NCBI GenBank assembly: GCA_965223295.1
Contig: CBDCWC010000002.1
Location: forward strand, 1,344,001-1,408,000
DNA: 64,000 nt
Source: Nitrospirales bacterium
GTDB taxonomy: Bacteria > Nitrospirota > Nitrospiria > Nitrospirales > UBA8639
Reading direction: 5' to 3'
Made by a program: the position numbers and the translations under genes. The notes beneath the pieces are model-generated. The model worked only from the letters and a program-made list of their open reading frames with translations, was not told the origin of the DNA and did not search any database. This document shows positions 20,487 to 30,061 of the stretch, in pieces. Position 1 is the stretch's first letter. Each line of letters begins with the position of its first letter.

Positions 20487-21692
20487 TTAATGCACAACCG
20501 TCTCTTGCTGACTCTCTTTCTTCAACTGATTTGCCGGAGAAGGAGAAATTCCCAACGCATGGTCATAGACTTGAAGATAATGCTCCACCATGGCTTCCAT
20601 AGAAAATTCCATTTCGACACGTTTTCTGCCTCTCTCACCATGCCTCCGCATCAAACTCGCATCTTGAAGATAGGTCAACAAAGCCTTACTCAGGGCTTGA
20701 GGATCTTTCGGGGGAATAAGCAACCCCGTTTCCCCGTCCCGCACTAGCTCTACATTCCCACCGACTCGAGTGGCAATAACGGGAATTCCTGAAGCCATGG
20801 CTTCCAAGATCGTGTTGGAAATTCCTTCAGCCTCCGACGGCAATACAAAAATATCCATACTTTGCAAGAGAGAAGATATGTCCGTACGGGGACCAGACAT
20901 CCATACTACATTCGTCAACTGACAGTCATAAGCTAATTGTTCAAGTTCTCCCCTCAAAGGGCCATCGCCAACCATCACGAGCCGAACAGCATTGGCCATT
21001 TTAGGATGCTTCTTTAGAAGCACGGCTAGTCCATTGACTAATGTGGCTTGATCTTTTACCTTTTGGAAACGCCCAACCGTTCCAATCACAATTTGGTCCC
21101 CACTCGCAAAACCTCTTGGGAAAATATCCCGGCTCTTTCTTACTGGAGAGCAAAATTTTTTCTTATCCACTCCATTATAAATCTGACTCACCTTCTCTGA
21201 AGAGACTGCCACTTTCTGTATGAGCCACTGTTTAAGGTCCTGGCTCACTGTTACATAATGATGAACTGCAGGATCGAGAACCTTCCGAAACACTAGAAAT
21301 TTTTTGCTGGTCCCATAAGCATCATGTACATCTCGTCCGTGCTCCCCATGTATACGAACAGGCACACGCGCCACCGCCGCAAGAGCCGCCATTTCAAAAG
21401 TTGGCAAATTTCGTGTATGGACAATCATTGGCTGCAGATCATGAATAATGCCCCACAACTTTCTGTAGGCTGACAGATCTACGCCAGGCTTTTTTTGGAG
21501 CGCCAACACCGAAACCGACGGAGACCGAATCCGTTCTCGAAAATCCGTAAAATCCGTTAAACATACAATGGCATGCCGGTACCGCTCAGGAGGCATGTGA
21601 TTGATAAGATTGACCAACCCATTTTCCAGGCCCCCCATTGCCAAGCGATAAATAACATGCATCACGAGTGGAGGAGAAACCGAGGCCATCAC
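20487..21692 (-). CDS. GT4 sugar transferase, PEP-CTERM/XrtA system (stp2-like)
   Basis: GGLENGLVNLIN, HGEHGRD, VKDQ, EGISNTILEAMASG. Confidence 0.9.
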   Translation of the reverse strand: MMASVSPPLVMHVIYRLAMGGLENGLVNLINHMPPERYRHAIVCLTDFTDFRERIRSPSVSVLALQKKPGVDLSAYRKLWGIIHDLQPMIVHTRNLPTFEMAALAAVARVPVRIHGEHGRDVHDAYGTSKKFLVFRKVLDPAVHHYVTVSQDLKQWLIQKVAVSSEKVSQIYNGVDKKKFCSPVRKSRDIFPRGFASGDQIVIGTVGRFQKVKDQATLVNGLAVLLKKHPKMANAVRLVMVGDGPLRGELEQLAYDCQLTNVVWMSGPRTDISSLLQSMDIFVLPSEAEGISNTILEAMASGIPVIATRVGGNVELVRDGETGLLIPPKDPQALSKALLTYLQDASLMRRHGERGRKRVEMEFSMEAMVEHYLQVYDHALGISPSPANQLKKESQQETVVH

Positions 21693-21769
21693 ACGTTTCT
21701 CAAGTTACCGCTCAGAACCTGGGCGACATTTTCGGAAATCAGCCATCAGTTCACAATAGGACAAAGCCT

Positions 21770-22960
21770 TCACACCGTTACTCTCTCAAGAATTTGATCA
21801 AATTCTTTAAGGATACCTGGCCAATCGTACTGCGAAGTCACAAACTGCCTTGCGGCAACACCCTCCGCTCGAGCCTGTCCAGGATTATCCAAAAGTTTCA
21901 CAACGGTGTCAGCAAATTCACGGGGGTCGTCAACCACATGCATCCCATACGCGGTATCCACAGCCAAACCCTGAAACGCGCAGGTTGTCCCGACGACGGG
22001 CAATTCCATTGCCATTGCTTCAAGAATTTTATTCTGGACCCCCCTCGCAATTCGCAACGGAGCCACCGCAACCATTGCCTTTGACAAATACGGACGAACA
22101 TCCGGAACCGTCCCCGTCACTTGAACCTGTGGCATCCGTTCAGCCGTTTTCCTCAGAGAAACCTCGGGATTACGACCAACAATCAGAAACTGCGCATCTG
22201 GGATAACCTGTTGAATTCGCGGAAGAATTTCCTGGCAAAAAAATAAGGCCCCATCAACATTCGGAAAGTAATCCATGGCCGCTGTAAAGACAATGACCGG
22301 TTTCGCTTTTTGCGTCTCAGAGGGAGGAGAAAAATACTCATAGTTCACCCCATTAGGAAGAACCTTAGGCACGATCTTGTGCTTAGACCGTTCTCGGAGC
22401 ACATGCGTTTCCTCTTGAGAAATGACTAGCGATTCTTGACAGATCGTCGCCATATCCAATTCATACTGTCCTAGTCGATCGGCTTCCGTCCCATACAGGA
22501 GAGACAATGGAAATGGTTTAATTTGAGCATAGGCTCTCCATTTCTCTGAATCCATATCCACAAAATCTATAATCTTGGGTATGGACGACTCATGCTTCAC
22601 ATACTCAGCCATTGGTGAAGAAAAAATGATGATTCGATCAATGGATTCCTGCGTTAAGATAGCCTTCACTTTCTCAAGAAGAGCTGGAACGAAAAATGCT
22701 CCAAGGGAAAGAGGCTGCCTGGCCAGAAAAGCCCTTCCCATTCTCCACCATTCTTGTATTCCCTTCCGGTCAACCACCTCAACATGACGACACATAGTAC
22801 GAAGAGGAGCAAGATATTGCCAATCATCGCCATCGTCAATTAAGCAGGCCAAATAAATGGAATGGTGCTGCGACAAATATTGAATCTGATGATAGGATCG
22901 TATCTTGTCGCCTTTATCCGGAGGATAGGGAATCCTGTGGCATAGGTACAAAATATTCAT
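21770..22960 (-). CDS. GT4 sugar transferase, PEP-CTERM/XrtA system (stp1-like)
   Basis: MNILYLCHRIPYPPDKGDKIRS, DFVDMDSEKW, APLRIARGVQNKILEAMAM; start set at 22960. Confidence 0.9.
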   Translation of the reverse strand: MNILYLCHRIPYPPDKGDKIRSYHQIQYLSQHHSIYLACLIDDGDDWQYLAPLRTMCRHVEVVDRKGIQEWWRMGRAFLARQPLSLGAFFVPALLEKVKAILTQESIDRIIIFSSPMAEYVKHESSIPKIIDFVDMDSEKWRAYAQIKPFPLSLLYGTEADRLGQYELDMATICQESLVISQEETHVLRERSKHKIVPKVLPNGVNYEYFSPPSETQKAKPVIVFTAAMDYFPNVDGALFFCQEILPRIQQVIPDAQFLIVGRNPEVSLRKTAERMPQVQVTGTVPDVRPYLSKAMVAVAPLRIARGVQNKILEAMAMELPVVGTTCAFQGLAVDTAYGMHVVDDPREFADTVVKLLDNPGQARAEGVAARQFVTSQYDWPGILKEFDQILERVTV

Positions 22961-23396
22961 ATGCTGTGGAATTGCACACTTCGAGCAGTAGCGTTGGGGA
23001 CATCCTAAAGACACGCCCTACCACGATATAGCATCATCGAATTCTGTTAGTCTTATTCTACCTGATTCGGTCACTCAGGGAAGATACTTGATGAGAAAAG
23101 GCGCTCAACCAGTCATAGACCTAGGCAATACGTGTTGAGACAACCCGCTATGTCTGGAATTGAACGTTAGATGAATGCGCACGAGGAATACCTGCGGATG
23201 GGTATTCACTAGGCAAATACATACCCCTCTAGGGTCAAGTATTCCCCTAAAACTACCACGCCAAGACCCTCCGCTGCCTTTCAGCAACAATCATCTTAGA
23301 AGTCTCCAGGAGGAACATGAAAAAATTAATGAGAACTCCGCCCAGCCGGGAATAGACATCATTCTCCTGAAAGGAAATTATTGAAAACACTTGATG

Positions 23397-24791
23397 CTAT
23401 CGATCAAGATAGATCGGGTCAGCAATAGCCGTTAAGCCAAGAAAGAATTGATCTACGTTTAAATCTGTCGCAGCCGAACCATTAGATTCTTGTATCAGAT
23501 GAGAATAGTAAAAATTCCCGAGTAACCAAGAGGTAAAGGAATATCCAAGCCCAGCTTGAATCCGATACGAGGTGGAATCAAAAGCGTTCCCATCCAATGA
23601 CTCATTTTCTGCCCATCCCACAGACCCAAAAGCATTCATGCGACGACTTAAATCATGATTTATTCTTCCAGTCACCGCACGTGTTCGGGTAGCTTGGGCA
23701 GCCAATCCTCCTCCATTGCCCACCGATTGTGTAAAATTTAATCCGATGTCTCCTTGGGTATACCGTTTGGTAAGATTGGCAGACCCAATAAATCTTCTAC
23801 GAAACTTCTCAGGAATTTTTCTCCTGACACGGGTATTGCCTGGCCCTTGGACTTCTTCCGATGCGCCAATTTGTTTGGTGTATGAAACCCCTCCACTGAC
23901 GGAAAAAGTTAAAGACGGAGTAACCGCATGGGAAATCCCCAGTTGAGGGTTATGGGAAATAACTTTATCACCCCGAGTTCCTTGAATCGTAGATTTTCCA
24001 ATAAACTTCGTATAGTTGTAGGAATAGGAAGGAATCACACTGGTCCGTTCCGTAAGTCGGTACGTGAGAGAGGTCCGACCAATATGGCTTATGGAATCTT
24101 GAAAACCCTTAGAAAAAAAATGGAGATAGCGGTTAGAGTACCCTAAGGAAGTTTGTAAACGACGAGTCCAAGTATACCCAAAATTAATCCCCGCATTATT
24201 ATTAAAGGAACTACCGCGTTGCCCAAAAACCCCTGTCCCTCCTCCGGCACCAAAGGCTCCAACACCACCTCCCACTCCAGCGACCCCCGCAGCCCCTGCT
24301 CCACTATTTGCGCCACTAATATTTCCTGCACCGCCAGCTCCCCCAAAACCTTGATTGCCTCCTCCTGCTAATGAAGCATCTTCAGCTCCTGATAACGAAA
24401 ACGCATCCAACTGCGGAGTAAACCTCATCGACTCATCAATACTAACTGTTAAGTTTTTATACTGTTTGGTTAAAAAAGGAAGATCAAGAATAATATTGGC
24501 ATTTTGAATGTACCGATTGGCATCGGGGTTATTGGCAAAAAATGACATTCGACCCAGATAGGTTGCACCAATCACGATGTCTGGATTCTCAAAAAGCAGC
24601 GTAAGGTTCGGGCCAAGAAAGGTTCCAAAATCTTCTCTCTGCGATTCTTCTTCAAAAAACAAATTGGTTGTATACGATTGTTGTAATGAGAAAGAGGATT
24701 GCAGACTCAAATCAGCTGTGGCCCGCTCACAAAATACCCCTATACTTAAGACGACACACATCACAACTCGCGAAACATTGGAATAACTCAT
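23397..24791 (-). CDS. Outer-membrane beta-barrel protein, probable polysaccharide export porin
   Basis: Signal peptide (ATA-D); many amphipathic strands with alternating Y/F/G/S (INFGYTW, TSLTYRL, YRIQAGLGYSF); large Gly-rich loop. Confidence 0.75.
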   Translation of the reverse strand: MSYSNVSRVVMCVVLSIGVFCERATADLSLQSSFSLQQSYTTNLFFEEESQREDFGTFLGPNLTLLFENPDIVIGATYLGRMSFFANNPDANRYIQNANIILDLPFLTKQYKNLTVSIDESMRFTPQLDAFSLSGAEDASLAGGGNQGFGGAGGAGNISGANSGAGAAGVAGVGGGVGAFGAGGGTGVFGQRGSSFNNNAGINFGYTWTRRLQTSLGYSNRYLHFFSKGFQDSISHIGRTSLTYRLTERTSVIPSYSYNYTKFIGKSTIQGTRGDKVISHNPQLGISHAVTPSLTFSVSGGVSYTKQIGASEEVQGPGNTRVRRKIPEKFRRRFIGSANLTKRYTQGDIGLNFTQSVGNGGGLAAQATRTRAVTGRINHDLSRRMNAFGSVGWAENESLDGNAFDSTSYRIQAGLGYSFTSWLLGNFYYSHLIQESNGSAATDLNVDQFFLGLTAIADPIYLDR

Positions 24792-24965
24792 AGCGCAATA
24801 ATTCCCAAAAAATATGAATAAATATTGTAAAAATGACTAAAGGGAAACTCTCTGACCGAATCGAGAGCCAATCCTACGACATCAACAATGGGGAAGCTCT
24901 GGACGAAAATATCTCGCTATCATAACGTTTTACAGAAGAAGAAAAAAGAAATTCTCAAAAAAATC

Positions 24966-25193
24966 AAAGCTAAACTAAGACCGGCCACCTTACTACGGAA
25001 AAGATCATTTACGGGAAATCCATTCAAAACATTAGTCAAGGTTGAAAGGAAGACCCAGGAAACACCTACACAGTGATTTTGAACCTCATCACAAATGTGG
25101 AAATTTTCATGGGTACTTCAATATAAAAAGAATACTCAGAAAGAAAAACCAAGACTCAGACCAGCAAAAATACTACGAAATCAATATGTTACG
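24966..25193. repeat. Imperfect 48-bp direct repeat at 180-bp spacing (24966-25013 and 25146-25193)
   Basis: 32/48 identical by hand count, ungapped; shared blocks ACT-AGACC-GC, TACTACG, TTACG. Confidence 0.6.
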
Positions 25194-25570
25194 TAATTGA
25201 AATTACTGTCACCCCTAAAAAAACAGACTCTTTCCCGGCACTCATTAAACTTGTCGAAAAAAAAGGAACCGTTTTTTTAAGCTACCGCCTAATATTTTTC
25301 TGTCAAGGCATGTGACCAATTTCCATACAGACAGCATCTTCGTAACCTAGTACTGCCAACGTTTCACAATAACAGCTCTGGCGAGATGTGTATGCCCATT
25401 TTGTCGTAATGTATCGATGGCCCATCCGAATAGGGACTACTGACTTCCGTCCTAGAATCAAGTGCCCCTGGTCATCCAGAAAAACATGCCCGTAAGTGCT
25501 CAAGGTTAATTTACTATTCAGAAATAGAAAAAGCACGTATCTCAATTGTTGAACATCCTTTTGAATACTC

Positions 25571-26815
25571 CTATGCTGATTTCACTTTTCGTTTGAGGGC
25601 GCCATTTAGCACAATCCTATCAAAACTTGTCAGGACCTCTTTCCAATTCAAGATCCGAGAAAAGTAGTATTGCCATTCTTTGTACGTAAGGGCTTGAGCA
25701 AGATCCGCTCGGCCAATTTCTTGTAGGGCCTTCTTTAAGGTACTGATGAAAGAGATGGTATGGCTTTCAAGATCAAGCCCCTGGCGGATGGTCTGTGCTG
25801 TGAGTTCTCCTTTCGGAAACGTCTGTGCATCTTGGAGCTTTCCGGCGCACAACAGCTCTAGTTTAGTTCGAATACATTTTGGACAAATACCGCAATTGAG
25901 ATGTCCTGATTTGCCATCAAAGCACACCCGAAGGGCGGCCAATGCTGTAGGCCACTGCGCAATGAGCTTGACTCGCTCCACACGACTCAGGCGCTCGCCA
26001 TCATGATGGATACGAAGATCGTAGGCTGACAAACGGGGCTCTATAATTGGATGACTCGAAAAAGGATGCAGTTTAGGGATTTCATAACTTGAAGAAATGA
26101 GGACATCTGACAACCGGCCAGAAAGGCCTTGTGCTACAGCGGCCATGGCTGACCCCATGTATTCATCCAACCAAATATCCAGGTTAGGAGCTAACGTTCG
26201 AAGATTGGTAAAGGCAGGAATCAAATTCAGCCCTGTCTCTTTCAGGAAGTCCTGAAGTCCATCAACCACATAACGAAAAAAGTCTTCTTCCCCACCGCGT
26301 GCAGGAAAGACTCCAATATCAAATCCATGCACAAAAATAAGATCCTTAATCGAACCAGCATGATCCGAAGGCACGTGTAATTGATTTCGTCGAAGGGTGT
26401 AAAAGGAATCAACCCCTGCAGAAAAGAAAGCACCCGTCCGCGGTGGTTTAGAAGTTTCCTTCCGACAGCCGCTGGCCTCAATAGTCACAAGCCGGGCATC
26501 GTTTGGCTTTCGAGCATACTTATACCAATACCAATTCGTCATATATGCCATGAACGTGTTGAGATTGTCCTTCAACCAGGGGCAAATGGAACCTTCTATT
26601 CGGATCCGACGCTCGCCATAGCGCAATGCAGGAATCACCGTAGCCAGCACAAAGGGATGGTAATTCTCGGCTAGGATATATGACTTGTCTGTGTGATAAC
26701 GAAAGTAAACTTGCTGAGCAGGACGGTCAACATCTTCCCAGCTCACTGAGGCAGAAAGCGTGTGGTAGCCATGGTCTTCCTTGTAAGTTAAACCATCAAT
26801 CCGCATCGGCTTCAA
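25571..26815 (-). CDS. PP-loop (adenine nucleotide alpha-hydrolase-like) protein with C-terminal Cys cluster; function unknown
   Basis: FFSAGVDSFYT PP-loop-like motif; LRVCF...NCGICPKCIRT. Confidence 0.65.
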   Translation of the reverse strand: MKPMRIDGLTYKEDHGYHTLSASVSWEDVDRPAQQVYFRYHTDKSYILAENYHPFVLATVIPALRYGERRIRIEGSICPWLKDNLNTFMAYMTNWYWYKYARKPNDARLVTIEASGCRKETSKPPRTGAFFSAGVDSFYTLRRNQLHVPSDHAGSIKDLIFVHGFDIGVFPARGGEEDFFRYVVDGLQDFLKETGLNLIPAFTNLRTLAPNLDIWLDEYMGSAMAAVAQGLSGRLSDVLISSSYEIPKLHPFSSHPIIEPRLSAYDLRIHHDGERLSRVERVKLIAQWPTALAALRVCFDGKSGHLNCGICPKCIRTKLELLCAGKLQDAQTFPKGELTAQTIRQGLDLESHTISFISTLKKALQEIGRADLAQALTYKEWQYYFSRILNWKEVLTSFDRIVLNGALKRKVKSA

Positions 26816-28129
26816 TTACGCATAAATATCAGGCGGCACCATACGACCATCAAATTCTGGTCGCCATCGAAACCCAAGTTGTCCACATCGATCACACAGA
26901 ATCTGACGTGGACAGGTATCAAGCGTACAACTGACTTCACCTAATTGGGCAAGATAAATTCTAGAAAGGTGATGACTTGTCCGTCCCTTGAGCAGAACTA
27001 TGTCACCCTGTTGCAGTTCATGCTTTAAGAAAGTTGCGGCATCGGCCACCGTGGCAAATACATGAACCTGTTCCGGATTCATTCCGGATTCGATCGCAGC
27101 GCGCTGTGCCTGCAAGCGACGATCTCCAACGAACACGGCCGTATCAGCAACACGGGCCGTTTCTCGACCCAACCATCGTCCTCGGTACCGATCCTTTGTC
27201 TTTGTATCAGAATAGTCACTCACCACAACAATTTTCCGTTCTGCTGTTGCTTGTTCCATGACTGAAAACGCCATTTCAAATGTCGTGTGGGAACCGTTCC
27301 ATTCATCACGAATAATGGTCGCACCATTGGAAAGAGCGATTGGTTGCATGCGTGCCCAAAATGGTTGAATTGATTCAATAACTTTGATGCCTTGTTCTAG
27401 TGGAACCCCACAACACTCACCCACTAGCAACGCCGCAAGGATGGATGACACCCAATGAGTTCCAAGGAGTGAGGTTTGTACACTCAATGTGGTGTCCTGC
27501 TTGTGGACTTGAAATCCAAGACGGCCTGGCCAAAGAGAGAAACTATTCGAAGCCCAAATATCAGCATGAGGTGACATTCCAAATGTATAGGTTGTAAAAT
27601 TTCCAAGACCAGCCATACTTCTAACGTGAGGATCATCCTGGTTGAGCACCGCAATATGACCGGGGCCTAAGGCCTGAACCAATTTGGCCTTTTCAATGGC
27701 GATTTTCTCGACTGTCTTGAATGTGTTGAGGTGCAAAGGTTTTACGCCCAACATCACGACTATATGCGGTCGCAGCATCTTTGCCATACATTCCATTTGC
27801 CCTGGCGTCTCAATCGCCGTTTCGATCACAGCAAACCGATGCCACGGACGTATGCTAAGAAGCGTACCTGCCACCCCACCTAATTTATAACCACCCCACG
27901 TTCCAGAAGTTTTTGCCGTTTGATATTTTGAGGAAAGAATTTTGGCAAGTAATTCTTTCGTGGTGGTCTTACCCGTACTGCCGGATATGGCAATAATCGT
28001 GGTACGAAAAAGGGCGAATCGCCATAGTGTGGCGGCAGGATTTCGCAGATGCGCCTTTAGTTTCCACCAAATCCGAATAATGAGATAACGAACACGAACG
28101 ATTTTCTTGAGAAAAACAGGAATCCGCAT
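26816..28129 (-). CDS. MurF-like Mur ligase lacking the N-terminal domain
   Basis: IAISGSTGKTTTKELL, IAIEKAKL, VLNQDDP, IIRDEWN, VLLKG; P-loop at about residue 50; Cys-rich tail. Confidence 0.85.
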   Translation of the reverse strand: MRIPVFLKKIVRVRYLIIRIWWKLKAHLRNPAATLWRFALFRTTIIAISGSTGKTTTKELLAKILSSKYQTAKTSGTWGGYKLGGVAGTLLSIRPWHRFAVIETAIETPGQMECMAKMLRPHIVVMLGVKPLHLNTFKTVEKIAIEKAKLVQALGPGHIAVLNQDDPHVRSMAGLGNFTTYTFGMSPHADIWASNSFSLWPGRLGFQVHKQDTTLSVQTSLLGTHWVSSILAALLVGECCGVPLEQGIKVIESIQPFWARMQPIALSNGATIIRDEWNGSHTTFEMAFSVMEQATAERKIVVVSDYSDTKTKDRYRGRWLGRETARVADTAVFVGDRRLQAQRAAIESGMNPEQVHVFATVADAATFLKHELQQGDIVLLKGRTSHHLSRIYLAQLGEVSCTLDTCPRQILCDRCGQLGFRWRPEFDGRMVPPDIYA

Positions 28130-28221
28130 GAGTCGATTTCAAGAGACGGAAATTCGACAATTTTTCAGGAGCTCTGATGAAGTCTCCATTTTTCTCCCTT
28201 GAACCTAAAACGAACCGACGA

Positions 28222-29370
28222 TTATGCCCCTGATTGTTGTGCCTTCCTAGTTTCTTGAACAATTTTTGAAATTTCTTGACGAAAAGCTTCATGGTCTTGA
28301 AGGGCCCTATTGACTTCTGGTGAGAGAAACCCTTTGCCTGATGCATGTTGTAGAAGGTCTAAATTTCCTCGAAAGTTCACCTCTAGAAGAAGAGGCCCTT
28401 CATCAGATAATGCGATATCAAAATGTAAAAGACGTAATCCTGGCAAAAGACGGGCAGCTGTCAGACAAAGGTCTTGAACCTTAGGCCACTCGGGAATCGT
28501 AAACGGACAGAGCTGTTCTTTTGTGTCTGGATGGATGGTGACAGTTGTAAATTCCCCATCGGCGCCCTGACCAATAATTCGCTCCACTTGGCCGTTCTCA
28601 ATATTTACGGCTGCAAGGAAATTTCCGGTTCGACCATGTTGAAAGTTATCGATTATATTGTTCCCGGTTGGAATCTTCCATACGGCCCGACAGAGATGAG
28701 GACCCTCTTTGGTGGCAATCACGACCATGCGCATTGTCGAAGAGCGCGATCCACACCGAAGAGCCAAATCAGAATGAGGTTGAAAGACATTCTGCAGAAT
28801 TTGCCCTCCAGATAGCTTAGTCTCTAAATTATCAATAAATTTGGAAACGGGTACGCACGACCCATCTGAAAATACGACGGAATGATCCTGCCTCTGATAT
28901 TGAGACAAGAAGTGGGCACCCCGCCCAAAATTACCATGACTGGGTTTCACGAAGATGGGATACACCGCATCGTCCTTCAAGTATCGAGCAAGTGAATCAG
29001 GTGTGAGGATTGTTGGAACCCCTTTCATGAACCGTCCATTGATATCATAAATAGCCTGTATCCGAGGATAGGGAATCCCAGCTCCTTCTAGAAAAGTATA
29101 AAATACGATTTTATCGAGAGAAAGACCTCCCCATTCAACTTTGTTAAATGTATTATTAATGAAACATTCACCATTCCATCCAATAAATTCTCGCTTCGTT
29201 CGTTCATCGTAGAGGCTGTCATCAAACAATTGATAGTCAAAGTATTCCGATGGCCCAAGCTGGCCTCCGGCACGGCGAAGACGAGCAAATTCCAAGGCTT
29301 GAGCAATGATCCCTTTTCCACTTTTGCGTTTGGCCTGACGCGCACGATTCAGAAGCAAGGAAAGATTCAT
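28222..29370 (-). CDS. Sugar-transfer-associated ATP-grasp protein (ATPgrasp_ST-like)
   Basis: EYFDYQL, DKIVF, FVKPSHGNFGRG, DNFQHG, HPDT, FDIALSDEGPLLLEVN. Confidence 0.85.
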   Translation of the reverse strand: MNLSLLLNRARQAKRKSGKGIIAQALEFARLRRAGGQLGPSEYFDYQLFDDSLYDERTKREFIGWNGECFINNTFNKVEWGGLSLDKIVFYTFLEGAGIPYPRIQAIYDINGRFMKGVPTILTPDSLARYLKDDAVYPIFVKPSHGNFGRGAHFLSQYQRQDHSVVFSDGSCVPVSKFIDNLETKLSGGQILQNVFQPHSDLALRCGSRSSTMRMVVIATKEGPHLCRAVWKIPTGNNIIDNFQHGRTGNFLAAVNIENGQVERIIGQGADGEFTTVTIHPDTKEQLCPFTIPEWPKVQDLCLTAARLLPGLRLLHFDIALSDEGPLLLEVNFRGNLDLLQHASGKGFLSPEVNRALQDHEAFRQEISKIVQETRKAQQSGA

Positions 29371-30061
29371 ATTACTATTGTTGAAGAATCATCTTTTTCG
29401 GCACAATCTTTAAGCTGGAAAACACTTTACCACTTTTCTCGGGCTAGCTAAACCTTATGACGCAATAATTCTAGACAGACATACTTTCAAGAATAGCAAT
29501 CCGTGTTTCTTTTTTATGCTTCTTCTTATACTATTGATAGCATCCAGCTCTTGGCTTCGCTTCTTTGCTTTGAAATGTTGGGAGCTTTCAAAAGCAGGGT
29601 AACATATAATCTGACAGAGGTGCCGACCGGCTGCGAGTCCAACCACCCGTTAAGAGATTTCATTGAGAAAAAGCTCTGGCGAAACTTATTCCCCTCGTCG
29701 TTCCAGATCACACGGTAGGATGCTGCACCCTCATCATTTCTTGCTCTCTCCCAACAGACGCGGCAGACAAATTTCCTTTCAGGATTCTGCCCATCTTCTT
29801 TGAAGATTCTGAACAATGAAGTTCAGTGGCCAAGCATCATGTTCTCGATCTTTATTCCTCATTTTGCTAATCTCACAAATAACTATAGCTCTGCTGGAAA
29901 TTGGCAGTCGACACAAGGCTAAAGTTTGCTGAACTTCCGCATTGGCATCGCTAGAATGTCTGAGCGTTGACGCCATATGCTCATGACAGCTGCTTGCAAA
30001 TGAAGATGAAAAAAAGAACAGTGAATGCCGAAAGAAAATTTTTACTGCGAAAGGAACTGAG

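Noticed and set aside
25303-25545. 80-aa ORF in the intergenic gap
   Set aside because: Weak start, no motif; likely spurious.
29526-29816. 96-aa minus-strand ORF with a CxxC
   Set aside because: TTG start, no RBS and no recognisable family; cannot be supported, though a small gene or remnant is not excluded.
30007-30034. Possible third sigma-28 promoter (GCCGAAAG) before the plus-strand GT2
   Set aside because: The -35 element (GAAA at N15) is a poor match within an A-rich tract.
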